Below, in pieces: positions 25,584 through 38,930 of a stretch of 64,000 bases of DNA (position 1 is its first letter; every line of letters starts with the position of its first letter). A program made the translations under genes and the position numbers. The DNA is from Malacoraja senta (taxonomy: Eukaryota), in the NCBI GenBank assembly GCA_038087875.1, contig CM075996.1:10356001-10420000 (forward strand), read 5' to 3'. The notes below the pieces were generated by a model, which did not search any database, was not told the origin of the DNA, and worked only from the letters and a program-made list of their open reading frames with translations.

Positions 25584-28500
25584 TGTAAAGACTGTCCAAA
25601 CACATAGTGTCTTCACTCTAGTTTATTGCATACATTGTATTCGTATACACACATATTGCCCTAGCTGTTCGTGGTCCGTTACCGGAGCTAGAGAGCGAGC
25701 TAGGGGTGGGAAGGTTACACTTATACTGAAGCTAATGGGGAGTGGTTAGTAGAAGTGAGGTCACCATGTTAAAGGAACATGCACGGCTCTACATCCTTCC
25801 CCTTGAAAAGGGAAACATAGCAATGATGACAGTGATTCCACGAATCATACGCTGGGCACAAACCCGCGCGTACATCGTCAGGAAAAACTTAAAACATTCA
25901 AGCAAACTCCCCGTAACGTTCAGGCGGCTTGACCAGACGCCCGGAGCGGGTATGCAGCCCGCCTCCCCCCCCCTCCGAAGGTAGAGTGGGCACCGGGGCA
26001 GGAGCGGCGATAGGTGAACCGAAAGGGGAGTGAGCAGGAGGGGGAGAACGAGGAGACCGGGGAGGAGACAAGGGCACCGCAATGGGCACGCGAACGGGAG
26101 ATGGCTGATGGGGGTGGCCAGGAGGAGCAGCGGGAGAACGGGGCGCCAAGGGTCGCGAGGGCAGAGGAGCGGGAGGCAACGAGGCGGCAACCGGGGGAGC
26201 AAAAGGGGCTGCGGGAGGCGGAGCGGGCTCGTTGACCGGCAGCAAATGCTGGCGGGACCGGCGGTAGATTGTGCCCTCGTAGTCAACCAGGTAAGAGCGC
26301 GGAGAGTCGGCAAAACCGATGACAACAGCCAAGCGGTGGTGTTCGGAGGGGGACTGCATCCGGACGACCTGGCCCTCGAAGAGGGGCTGAAGGGGACGGC
26401 ATGACTTGTCGTGGGAGCGCTTCTGGGCGACCTGTTTCTGGGTAATACGCTTCTGGACAGCAGCAGGGCTGCGGACTGCGGGCTGTAGCGACCCCTGGGA
26501 GACAGGGATTGGAGGGCGAGTGGTGCGGGACATGAGCCGTTGAGCCGGTGAGCCCATGGCAGGGTCGCGACTAATATTTCGGAGATTCAGTAGAGCGAGA
26601 TAAAAATCCGAATGCGACAGTCTGCAATGTTCCAGCAGCTCCTTGGCACTGCGGACGGCGCGCTCAGCAAGGCCGTTGCTCTGCGGGTACTCCGGGCTGC
26701 TGGTGATGTGGCGAAAGTTGTAGGCGGCGGCGAATGCGCGGAACTCAGCACTCGTGAACTGGCCCCCGTTGTCAGACTGCACAGTCACAGGAATGCCAAA
26801 GGTTGCAAAGAGGGGTTGCAACGTCCCGATGACCGCAGCAGAAGTGAGGGAGTGCAGACGCTTAATCTAGAACCAGCTGGAGTAAGAGTCGACCAGGACC
26901 AGGAAATGTTTGCCACGCCACTCAAATATGTCCGTAGCGACCGCCATCCACGCCAGGGCGGGGGCAGGCTCTTGCAGGAGTGGCTGGCGTTGCTGGTGGG
27001 GAGAGAGGGTATTGCAGGTGGAGCAGGCAGAGACCCTCTCCCGGATGTCCTGTGCCATGCTGGGCCAATAAAATTGGCTCTGGGCCTGGGACAGGGTGGC
27101 ATCGGCACCGGGATGGCCGTTGTGGGCAGTTTGGAAATAGTGGTCCCGCAGAGCGGCAGGCACCACAACCTTGTGGCCCTTCACCACCACGCCGCCCTGC
27201 AGCACAAGTTCGTCCCGGACTAGGAAGTAGGGCGCAGCACCAGCCGGCAAGGGTGAGCGACGGTCAGGCCAGCCGCGACGGATGACGTCTACAAGCTGTT
27301 GCAGGGCAGGATCATTGGCAGTGTGGTGAATCAGGGACTGCATCTGCTGGGAAGGCATGAAGTTGACGTTTAGCACCATCAGGTCGGATGACTCGTACGG
27401 GTGGCGGGCTGTAGAAGCCAGCGGTGCGCGGGACAGCGTGTCAGCCACAAACATGTCCTTGCCCTTGCGGTACACGATTTGAAACGTGAAGCGTTGGAGT
27501 TGCAGCATCATACGCTGCAAACGGGAAGAGGCAACGTGGATCGGTTTGTTTAAGATCGTGACCAGAGGCTGGTGGTCGGTTTCGATAGTAAAGGTGTTCC
27601 CTATAATGTAGTCCCTGAACTTCGAGCAGGCAAACACCACGGCAAGGAGCTCTTTCTCGATCTGAGCGTAGCGTTGCTCGGTTGGAGTCATGGTGCGGGA
27701 GGCGTAGGAGACAGGTAGCTGCAGGCGGTCGTGAATCTGCAGGCAGGCGGCACCGAGACCGAAACTTGATGCATCGCAGGTAATGACGATAGGGCGCTTT
27801 AAGTCGAAGAACTTCAGAGTGGGGGTGCGAACCAGCCGGGATTTCAAGTCATCGAAGGCTGCCTGATGCAGCGGGTACCAAACCCAGGCAGTGTCCATCT
27901 TGGTCAGTTCCCTCAGGGGCGCACTCAGCTCGCTGAGGTCGGGAATAAATTTCCCCAGAAAGTTCATCATGCCCAAGAAGCGTTGCAGGCTTGGCACGTT
28001 GACCGGAGCTGGCATCTCTGAGACCGCAGCTGTCTTCTGTGGGTCTGGTTTCAGACCCTCAGCCGTAAAAACGTGGCCCACGTAGGTGACCTCCGGGACG
28101 CGGAAACGGCACTTCTTGGGGTTCAGTTTGAGGTTGATTTCCCGAGCCCGATCCAGGACCAGACGGAGGTGGAGGTCGTGCTCAGCGACGTCCCTCCCGT
28201 ACACCAAGATGTCATCAACGATGATAGCACACGGCAGACCTGCAAATAGCTGTTCCATGGTGCGCTGGAAAACCTCGCTGGCAGAATTGATCCCGAAAGG
28301 CATGCGGAGGAAACGGAACCTGCCGAAAGGTGTACCAAACGTGGTCAGTAAAGATGAACGTTCATCCAGCGGAATCTGCCAGAAAGAGTTCTTGGCATCG
28401 AGGACAGAGAATACAGTGGCCGGGCCAACCTTTGCAGCGACATCCTCCACCGTTCGCATGGGGTAGTGCGGGCGCTTGATGGCAAGGTTTAGGTCCTTGG

Positions 28501-30318
28501 GGTTGATACTGATCCGAATCTCACTCTTGTCCTTCTTAGCAGCAATGACCATGGTGGAGACCCACCGGGTGGCATCGCTCACTTCCTTGATGATGCCCAT
28601 GGCCACCATCTGGCGTAGAGTGGACTCCACCTTGTCCTTCATAGCAAAGGAGACGCGGTGAGGAGGGCGGACTACCGGATGGACCTCTGGGTCCACCTCG
28701 ATTTCGTACTTGCAGGGTAGTTTGCCCAATACTTCGTCAAAACGGTCGGGGTACTCGCACATGGGATCCATGGGGGTCTGCACCGGGTGGATGTCGTGGT
28801 GGAAGGACACCAAACCGAGGTCCTGGCACGCACGGGCGCCCAACAGAGGAACATTCTCAGATTCCAGCAGGAGGAAAGAGAGGGGCCGAGAGGCCTTCAG
28901 AACTGAGCAGATAAGGGTGGCCTTGCCGACTGGGAATAGCATGCTCCACCCATATGCACGGAGGCGGGAGTGATCAGCGGTAATGTTCTCACCAGCTCTT
29001 ATCTGTTGAAAAAGACTTAACGACATAATATTCGTAAACGCCCCCGTATCTACCTTAGCAGAGAAGGTCATCCCATTCACAGTAACTCGAACTGATGGAT
29101 CAGCTATCAAAGCATGTGCACCCAGGACTGAAAAAACAAGCGATTCATCATGGGAGGAGCTGTTATCAGAATCAGGGAGTTCGACTGGAAGGTATTCGGA
29201 GTCATAAACACTGTCAGTAGCAGTCAGGTTGTGTAGACTCTTTCTCGGAGCAGGGACAGGCTGGCCCCTGGAACGGCACGCTGCGGAGAAGTGATTAAGC
29301 TTCTTACACAAATTACAAGTCTTACCCAGAGCAGGGCAAACATCAAATTGATGATTGACAAAGTTGCAGTTTGGGCATCGGCGAGGGTTGACCCTTGCAG
29401 GCGCAGGGGTGCTACGCTGGCGTGGCGGGCCATCGCGCCGCGGGCGTCCAGCAGCACCGGCATAGTTAATGTCCTCAGCTTCAGGGGGAGATACGGCGTC
29501 GACAGCAGCAGACATGCGAGAGGCTTGCAAAGCGTCGTTTAAAGTGAGGTCCGGCTTTCTCAGAAGCTCAGCCCGTAGCTTCACGTCCTGTAGACCGTGA
29601 ACTAGGACATCTCTGATCAACTGATCGGGGGTCAACGTCTCCAGGTGGCAACGCCGGGCCAGGTGACGCAGCGATGCCACGAAGGTATCGATGTGCTCCC
29701 CGGGTTTCTGGCGCCTGCTGAAAAACTTAAACCGCTCTAGAATGGAGTTGGTGGGAATGTCACACAGCGCGGCAAATTTATTGATGAGACACACGGGGTC
29801 CTCTGCATTCTCACCATCGGCGTACTCAAAAGATTCAGAACGTTCCATGGCCTCCGGGCCAGCCAGGTTGAGGAGCAGATGTGCTGTAATCGCTGGGGTA
29901 ATATTAGGATGAGCGATGGCGACATAGTGCTGGAAGTCGCGCCGGAAAATAGTCCACCGGTGGACGATGTCCGAGTCAAACACCAGAACGTCAGGCTTTC
30001 GACACGAGGTGGCCATAGTACATAAATAGTTGGAAAGGAAAATAAACGCTTGGAGAAAAGAAAACAAACCCGATGAACAGGAGACGCAGGGTTAACTTCT
30101 TGACACCATGTAAAGACTGTCCAAACACATGGTGTCTTCACTCTAGTTTATTGCATACATTGTATTCGTATACACACATATTGCCCTAGCTGTTCGTGGT
30201 CCGTTACCGGAGCTAGAGAGCGAGCTAGGGGTGGGAAGGTTACATTTATACTGAAGCTAATGGGGAGTGGTTAGTAGAAGTGAGGTCACCATGTTAAAGG
30301 AACATGCACGGCTCTACA
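25584..30318 (-). mobile_element. Full-length Ty3/Gypsy LTR retrotransposon (Mag-like)
   Basis: Two 210-bp TG...CA LTRs (25584-25793, 30109-30318) differing at 2 positions. PBS TGGTGTCAAGAAG (- strand, 30096-30108). PPT CAAGGGGAAGGA next to 25794. Single gag-pol frame. Confidence 0.97.
25898..30016 (-). pseudogene. Gypsy gag-pol polyprotein (~1370 aa) with one in-frame TAG in integrase
   Basis: Two CCHC knuckles (CPNCNFVNHQFDVC, CNLCKKLNHFSAAC), protease VDTGA, RT LDAKNSFWQ...IVDD, RNase H CDAS...EKELLA...TDHQPL, integrase HHCC, ATD...SDNG...NGLAER. TAG at 26867-26869. The downstream ORF (25898-26821) is in the same frame. Confidence 0.95.
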
Positions 30319-31522
30319 GTATTCACCTCTACACCCTCACTATCCTACACACTGGGGACTTTTTACCAAAGCCAATTAACCTACAAACCTGCACGTCTTT
30401 GGAGTGTGGGAGGAAACCGGAGCATCCGTAGAAAACCCACGCTGGTCACGAGGGGAACATACAAACTCTGTACAGACAGCACCTGGGTCTCCGGCGCAGT
30501 GAGGCAGCAACTCTACCGCTGAGCCACACTGCCATGTTGGGGAAAAATACTTTAAAAACAGCAGAATATTTTTGCCATTTGCCAAATGAGAGTTGTCTAT
30601 AGTCAAAGAGTGTGCAGTTTGTTCCTGGCACGAAAATACTTCTGCTTTATCAGTTTCACGCTTAACTCTATAAACCTAAAGACTCCATTGTTGGAATGCA
30701 ATTCAATATTTGACAAATCTGAACACCTTAACAGACAGATATAAAGCACACAGAGGAATTACTGGAGTACATTTTCCCTTTGTAATCCCTGAGAAATCAG
30801 TGGCTGTGGCAGAGGGTTTTTCTGATGTTCTAAGCCATGCCAATCCAGATATGATTGAATGACGGAGAGGACTTGATGTACCAAATGGAGAAGGAACATC
30901 TCATTGGGTTTTAAAGTTTGCAGAGGGCTGACATACAACTTCCTTAGCATCAAGTGAATTGATCAGCATGGTGGCGCTGCGATAGACTAAGAGTTGCTGC
31001 CTTACAGTGCCAGAGACCCGGGTTCGATCCTGTCTACGTGTACGTGTAGTTTGTACGTTCTCCCTGTGACCCACGTGAGATTCCTTCCGGTGCTCTGGTT
31101 TCCTCCCACATTCTAGAGATGTGCCGGTGTGTAGGTTAATTGACGTCTGTAAATTTCCCCTAGTGTGAAGGATATAGGACTAGTGTACAGGTGATCGTTG
31201 GTTGGCGTGGGCTCGGTGGGCGGAAGGGCCTGTTTTCACGCCATCTCTCTAAAACAAACTATTGCCGTTACTTCGTTGGTCTCAGTTTAACATTGCTTGT
31301 GAAAGTCAGCAAAGTACAAGATTCTTTCTATAGCCCGCAGACCAGTGAGCCCATGTGTTCATATCTTTAACCAGACAGTCAGAACTTTTTTAGTTTAGTT
31401 TAGAGATACAGCACAGAATCAGGCCCTTCAGCCCACCGCGTCCACGTCAACCAGCGATACCCGTGCATTAAACTACCCCACGCACACTAGGGACAATTTA
31501 CATTTATACCAAATTAACCTAC

Positions 31523-32983
31523 TCTCTAGACTGACATCTTCAACCTGTCACATGCCCAAGCAGTTGTCCCCACGTGCCTTAAAACCACCTCCATCGTGCC
31601 AGTGCCAAAACACTCCACTGCGGCGAGCCTCAACGACTTCTGCCCAGTTGCACTTACTCCCATCATCACTAAGTGCTTCGAGAGGCTGGTCCTGGCACAC
31701 CTCAAAGGCTGCCTACCTCCCACACTGGATCCCTATCAGTTCGCCTACCGCAAGAACAGGAGTACGGAGGATGCCATCTCAACGGCACTTCACTCCGCCC
31801 TCTCCCACCTCGACAACAGAGACACCTACGTGAGAATGCTGTTCATCTCAGCATTTAACATCATTATCCCCTCAAAACTGATGACCAAACTCAGCGACCT
31901 GGGCATCGACCCCTCCCTGTGCAACTGGATACTGGACTTTCTAACCAACAGACCCCAGTCTGTTAGGTCAGACAACCACACCTCTTCAACCCTCACCCTG
32001 AACACCGGCGTTCCACAGGGCTGTGTGCTGAGCCCCCTCCTCTACTCCCTCTTCACCTACGACTGCACACCTGTACATGGTACTAACACCATCATCAAGT
32101 ATGCAGATGATACAACAGTGATTGGCCTCATCAGCAACAACGATGAGTCGGCCTATAGGGAGGAGGTCCAGCTCCTAGCAGCATGGTGCGCTGACAACAA
32201 CCTGGCCTGTAACTACAAGAAGACCAAGGAGCTCATTGTGGACTACAGAAGGTCTAGGGGCGGCACGCACACCCCCATCCACATTAACGGGACGGAGGTG
32301 GAACGTGTTTCCAGCTTCAGGTTTCTGGGGGTCAACATCTCTGATGACCTCTCTTGGACCCACAATACCTCAACACTGGTTAAGAAGGCTCACCAGCGTC
32401 TCTTCTTCCTGAGGAGACAAAAGAAGGTCCATCTGTCTCCTCAGATTCTGGTGAACATCTACCGCTGCACCATCGAGAGCATCCTTACCAACTGTATCAC
32501 AGGTTGGTATGGCAACTGTCTCCAACCGGAAAGCACTGCAGAGGGTGGTGAAAACTGCCCAATGCATCACCGGTTCCTCACTCCACTCCATTGAGTCTGT
32601 CCAACGCAAGCATTGTCTGCGAAGGGCGAGCAGCATCATCAAGGACTGCTGTCACCCCAGCCACATACTGTTTATCCTCCTCCCATCCGGGAGGCGCTAC
32701 AGGTCTCTCCATTGCCAGATCAGCAGGTTCAGGAACAGCTTCTTCCCTGCGGCTGTTACACAACTTAACTCTGTACCTTGGGGATTGCCAGTCACCCAAT
32801 CCCGGACACTCCTTCCCCCAGAAAAATTGCACTACGCAAAAATTGTATGTACGTATATATATATATATATATCTTGCTGTTCCATTATTCTATGTTCGCT
32901 CTTCTGGGTGAGATGCTAACTGCATTTCGCTGTCTCTGTACTGTACACTGCACAATGACAATAAAGATTGATTCTGAATCTGA
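31523..32983 (+). mobile_element. 5'-truncated Rex1/Babar LINE inserted into a SINE
   Basis: RT motifs [31 protein letters not shown] plus (ATTCTG) tail. TSD AACCTAC at 31516-31522 and 32984-32990. SINE halves on both sides. Confidence 0.92.
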
Positions 32984-33959
32984 AACCTACATGTCTTTGG
33001 ATTGTGGGAGAAAACTGAAGATCTCGGAAAAAAAACCACGCGGGTCAAGGGGAAAATGTACAAATCTGTACTGACAGCACCCGTAGTCAGGATCGAACCC
33101 GGGTCTCTGGCACTGCAAGCAGTGTAAGCAAAGAACTCTACCGCTGCGCCACCGTGCCCGCCCCTTTTCCCCAGGACAGAGATGGAATACTAGACGGCAT
33201 AGCTTTAACGAGAGTGGGGCAAAGTTTAAAGATGTGTGGAGCAAGTTATAAGAGGTTAGAGTGCACCTTGAGTGTGTTGCCAGGGGTGGTGGAGGCAGAT
33301 ACAACAGTGGCATTTAACAGGTTTTAGGATAGGCAGGCAATGGAGGGATAATGATAATGTGCAGACAGATAAGAGTTGGCAGTGGTGTCACGTTTAGCAC
33401 AGGCATTGTGGGCCGAAGGGGCGGTTCCTGTGTTGTACTGTTCTATGTTTTAAACCTCAGGTTATCAATCTTTATCTTTAACAAAGGGTTTGGTGGGGAA
33501 GGGAATGAGATGAGTTAAGACAAGCTGATTTAAACTTTAGCGATGTAGAGTGGAAACTGGCCTTTCGGCCCACCGAGACCACACCGACCAGTGATCACCC
33601 CGTACGCTAGCACTACCCTACGCACGAGGGACAATTTACAAATTTTCCAAAGCCAATTAACCTTGAAAACCTGTAGGTCTGTGGCGTGTGGGAGGAAACC
33701 GGAGCACCCGGAGAAAATCCACGCTGTCACAGGGAGAAAGTACAGGCAGCATCCCCGGTCAGGATTGACCCCGGGTCTCTGGCCCTGTAAGGCAGCAACT
33801 CCATCGCTGCGCCACCGTGCTGCCCAAATAGTTGCACATCAGATTAGACAAGTTAGGAAGAAGAACGTGTCCAACATTGTAGATTCAATTGCGGAGTTCA
33901 ATTACTTCAGGCATATATAAATGCTAGGCGCCGTTGTTATAACCATATAACCATATAAC

Positions 33960-34760
33960 AATTACAACAATTTTGGCTGCTGAGTAGAGCAACTACTCGT
34001 GAATAAAAAACTGCTGTGACAGTCCGGAGTCGCCTTCCAGAGGGTAGTGATTGAAATAGTTTGTGGCCAGGGTGAGAGGGGTCAGAGATGATCTTACCCG
34101 CTCGCTTCCTGACCCTTGCAGTGTACAGTTCATCAATGGAGGGAAGGTTGCAGCCAATAACCTTCTCTGCTGATCGGACGATTCGCTGCAGCCTCCAGGT
34201 GTCGTGCTTGGTGACTGAGCCAAACCAGACCATGATGGGGATGGTGAGAACAGACTCTACGATGGTCGTGTAGAATTGGACCATCATTGCCTGTGGCAGA
34301 TTGTGTTTCCTCAGCTGCCGCAGGAAGTACATCATCTGTTGTGCCTGTTTGACTGTGGAGTTCATGGTAGCCCCCCACTTATGGTCCTTGGAGATGATGG
34401 TTTCCAGGAACTTAAAAGATTCCACAGATGTGACTGTGGTGTTGTTGATGGTGAGTGGGGTGAGGGGAGGGGGAGCTCTCCTAAAGTCTACAATCAATTC
34501 CACTGTCTTAAGAGAATTGAGCTCCAGGTTGTTGCTACGGCACCAGGACGCCAGCTGTGACACTTGCTGTCTGTAGGCCGATTCCTCCCCATTCTGGATC
34601 AGTCCAATCAGGGTTGTGTTGTCCGCAAACTTGAGAAGCTTGACTGACAGAGGTGAAGTCGTTGGTGTAGAGAGCGTAGAGGAGAGGAGAGAGTGCGCAG
34701 CCTTGCGGTGCTCCTATGCTGAGTGTTTACGGGTCCCAGATGTACTTTCCCAGCCAAAGT
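33960..34760 (-). mobile_element. Rex1/Babar LINE fragment
   Basis: 208-aa ORF WCRSNNLELNSLKTVELIVDFRR...HPGHKLFQSLPSGRRLR. Confidence 0.9.
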
Positions 34761-34877
34761 AAGTCAAATGGGCACTGGTGGGTGAAGAGTTGTAAACTAA
34801 GACCCTTGGACAGGTGAGTGGACAAGACAGGTTTAGAGGGGACAATGGACACAAGTGTGTGGGCCTTTGGTACCTTC

Positions 34878-35137
34878 TCAAGATGGCGTCTTGAACGGCG
34901 GGACCTTAACAAGATGGCCGCCGGCATCTGACCAATCAACGGCACCGACCTCACCTGCCCTCACCAAGATGGCCGCCATCAACCCCTCACAAAGATGGCC
35001 GCCAGCATCCGACCAATCAGCGGCGCCGATCTAACCTGCCCTCACCAAGATGGCCGCCAACATTCGACCAATCAGCGGCGCCGACCTCACCTGCCCTCAC
35101 CAAGATGGCCGCCATCAACCCCTCATAAAGATGGCCG
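34878..35137 (+). repeat. Tandem repeat (55-bp and 26-bp units) rich in YY1-like and CCAAT motifs
   Basis: AAGATGGC x7 (mostly AAGATGGCCGCC), GACCAATCA x3. Confidence 0.75.
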
Positions 35138-36494
35138 ATGGAACTCTCTGCCACAGATGGTAGTTGAGGTCACAGTTCATTGGCTATATTTAAGAGGGAG
35201 TTGGATGTGGCCCTTGTGGCTAAAGGGTTCCGGGGGTATGGAGAGAAAGCAGGTACAGGATAATGAGTTGGATGATCAGCCATGATCATATTGAATGGCG
35301 ATTGGTGCAGTCTCGAAGGGCCGAATGGCCTCTACTCCTGCACCTATTGTCTATGTTTCTATGTTTAGAATGTGAGAGTGACGGGCAGTGTGGAGTGGAC
35401 GGGGAGATGAGATGAATTACGAAGATTCAGGAACTGGGGAAAAATATCTAAAACAGAGGCTGAGCAGCAATAAAAATGAATTGTATTTCTCTGCAGAATT
35501 CACACAATATGGGGAAATTAGTTGTTAACCCGGATTAAGGAAGGAGCCTGATTAGATTTCTTGTCACAATGAGGATGACACTAAGTCCTGAGCTGATGAT
35601 GAGCTGCAAGTTGTGATTCCCTCCAGATATTTTGCTGATAAATCTATGTTTTTGGATGTGGGCCTCACTGTTTAGGCTTCCAGTTTTAACCCATGAGGAT
35701 GTGACCATCCTTATTCCACCACTGATGGATGTGTTTAGTAAATGATGTAAATGATAGGAGTAGGCCCCACAAAAAACGAAGGACCAGCAATGTATTTCCA
35801 AGTTATGATGGTGACTAACTGGGTCAATTTGTGCCACTCCACTAGCATGACCAAACAATTCTGGGTATGGATTGTGTTTGCATATTGTGGATATATTTTC
35901 TAGCATCGATGCAGTCATCAGTGCAATGGGGATAGAGTTCGGGGATAGGGCCAGTGTACACCTGGAACACAATGTATCTCTCGTGTCTTTATCTCTAGGC
36001 TGTGAAGATCTTGGTGCAACTCTGTGAGGTTGTGCTTGGAGAACACCAAATGACAGAGGGAAAAACTAGTGATTGTGAAAATGTTTGCTGGAGGTTCTAC
36101 CTTGAGTGAAATTCAGAACTGCGGAGAAATTTGCTCTCAATATTGGACTTACTTTGACTGTAGTAGCGATGATCATATGCAGCTCATTGGTGACCTCCTA
36201 AGTCCAACCTCCGCTATGATCTGATGCAATGAATATTAGTTTGATCTATCGGACCAACTGCAGCATGAACAGGCAAGAATATTGACCGTTCCATTTATTA
36301 CAAAACAACAGATTTTGTCATTTGCCATTATCATAGACCTTTCAAACATCACACAGTCATCTGCTTGAATATGTGTTACTGGAAACTATTCTAACTTCAG
36401 TTGTGAATAGCATTAATTATACTTGTCTTTCTCCAGGCTGGTTAGCACTCTGCAAAAGCTTTTCTCTTTACCTCAGAAACGTGACACTGAACTA

Positions 36495-38130
36495 AACTGA
36501 ATTGAAAGGGAGAACACCGATGTGCCTTGCCGAGCCCCCATTCGCTGTGATGGTATTTCAGTCTCAGTCACAGAGGCCGACGTCAGGAAATCCTTCAGAG
36601 GGGTGAACCCTCGAAAAGCGCCTGGACCTGATGGTATACCTGGTCGCGTTCTAAAATCCTGTGCGGACCAACTGGCTGGAGTTTTTACAGACATTTTCAA
36701 CCTCTCACTTCTGAGGTCTGAGGTCCCCACCTGCTTCAAAAGGGCATCAATTATACCAGTGCCCAAGAAGAGTAAGGTAACGTGCCTCAATGACTATCGA
36801 CCTGTGGCATTAACGCCTGTGGTGATGAAGTGCTTTGAGAGGTTGATCATGACGCAGATCAACTCCTACCTCGACAAAAACCTGGACCCACTGCAGTTCG
36901 CTTACCGCCACAACAGATAAACGGTGGATGCGATCTCGCTGGCCCTCCACTCCGCTCTGGACCACTTGGACAACAAAAACTCATATGTCAGGCTGTTATT
37001 CATCGATTACAGCTCGGCATTTAACACAATCATCCCCTCCAAGCTGGTTACCAAACTCGCAGAACTGGGTCTCTGCGCATCCCTCTGCAATTGGATCCTC
37101 TACTTCCTCACTCTCAGACCACAGTCTGTTCGTATTGGTGGAAATGTGTCAGTCTCGATAACAATTAGCACGGGAGCACCTCAAGGCTGCGTCCTCAGTT
37201 CCCTGCTGTACTCACTCTATACTCATGACTGCGTAGCCGGACATAGTGCGAACTCCATCTTCAAGTTCGCTGATGACACCACTGTTGTGGGACGTATCAC
37301 TGATGGGGACGAGTCAGAGTATAGAAGAGAGATCGAGCAACTGTCCATATGGTGCCAGGACAACAACCTGGCCCTCAACACCAGCAAAACCAAGGAACTG
37401 ATTGTGGACTTTGGAAGGAGTAGGATGGGGACCCACAGTCCCGTTTATATCAACGGGTCGAAGGTTGAAAGGGTCAAGAGCTTCAAATTCCTGGGCGTGC
37501 ACATCTCTGAAGATCTTTCCTGGTCCGAGAACAATGATGCCATTTTTAAGAAAGCACATCAGCGCCTCTACTTCCTGAGAAGATTACGGAGAATCGGTTT
37601 GTCAAGGAGGACTCTCTCTAACTTCTACAGGTGCACAGTAGAGAGCATGCTGACCGGTTGCATCGTGGCTTGGTTCGGCAACTTGAGTGCCCTGGAGAGG
37701 AAAAGACTACAAAAAGTAGTAAACACTGCCCAGTGCATCATCGGCTCTGACCTCCCTTCCATCGAGGGGATCTACCACAGTCGCTGCCTCAAAAAGGCTG
37801 GCAGCATCATCAAGGACCCACACCATCCTGGCCACACACTCATCTCCCTACTACCTTCAGGTAGAAGGTACAGGAGCCTGAAGACTGCAACGACCAGGTT
37901 CAGGAACAGCTACTTCCCCACAGCCATCAGGCTATTAAACCTGGCTCGGACATAACACTGAACTTTACTAGCCAATACTGTTATTTGCACTTTATCAGTA
38001 TATTGACCATTGTGTATATATTTATAGAATGCCTTGTAGTAAATGCCTACTATGTTCTGTTGTGCTCAAGCAAAGCAAGAATTTCATTGTCCTACCAGGG
38101 ACACATGACAATAAACTCACTTGACGACTT
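36495..38130 (+). mobile_element. 5'-truncated Rex1/Babar LINE with RT, one in-frame stop
   Basis: ORFs 36522-36920 and 36924-37955 are in frame: [45 protein letters not shown] plus (CTTGA) tail. Confidence 0.93.
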
Positions 38131-38149
38131 GATTTTGGCCCATTTCAAT

Positions 38150-38930
38150 AGACAATAAGTGCAGGAGTAGGCCATTCGGCCCTTCGAGCCAGCACCGCCA
38201 TTCAATGTGATCATGGCTGATCATCCCCAATCAGTACCCTGTTCCTGCCTTCTCCCCATATCCCATGACTCCGCTATTTTTAAGAGCCCTATCTAGCTCT
38301 CTCTTGAAAGCATCCAGAGAACCTGCCTCCACCGCCCTCTGAGGCAGAGAATTCCACACACTCACCACTCTCTGTGAGAAAAAGTGTTTCCTCGTCTCCG
38401 TTCTAAATGGCTTACTCCTTATTCTTAAACTGTGGTCCCTGGTTCTGGACTCCCCCAACATCGGGAACATGTTTCTTGCCTCTAGCGTGCCCAAACCCTT
38501 AACAATCTTATATGTTTCAATGAGATATCCTCTCATCCTTCTAAACTACAGAGTGTACAAGCCCAGCTGCTCCATTCTCTCAGCATATGACAGTCCCGCC
38601 ATCCCGGGAATTAACCTTGTAAACCTACGCTGCACTCCCTCAATAGCAAGAATGTCCTTCCTCAAATTAGGGGACCAAAACTGCACACAATACTCTAGGT
38701 GTGGTCTCACTAGGGCTCTGTACAAATGAAGAAGGACCTCTTTGCTCCTATATTCGATTCCTCTTGTTATAAAGGCCAACATGCCATTCGCTTTCTTCAC
38801 TGCCTGCTGTACCGGCATGCTTACTTTCATAGACTGATGTACAAGGACCCCCAGATCCCGTTGTACTTCCCCTTTTCCCAATTTGACACCATTTAGATAG
38901 TAATCTGCCTTCCTGTTTTTGCTACCAAAG
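38150..38930 (-). mobile_element. CR1 LINE 3' fragment
   Basis: RDLGV...[19 protein letters not shown]...WNSLP...GYGEKAGTGY*. Confidence 0.9.

Noticed and set aside
19059..25616. Many long ORFs with MATLPDLWRPCRIYGDLAGF repeats (repeat-protein or LRR look-alike)
   Set aside because: Three 20-nt satellite units give a stop-free 20-aa repeat in every frame. Indels are frequent and there is no gene structure.
30530..30960. Candidate IgV exon of the B7-like gene or GRAM exon of WBP2NL
   Set aside because: No V-set or GRAM motifs in the frames I read.
35400..36470. Non-repetitive-looking block with a 145-aa minus ORF and an acceptor-like TTTCTCCAG at ~36436
   Set aside because: No recognisable motifs and no matching donor. 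Needs a homology search.
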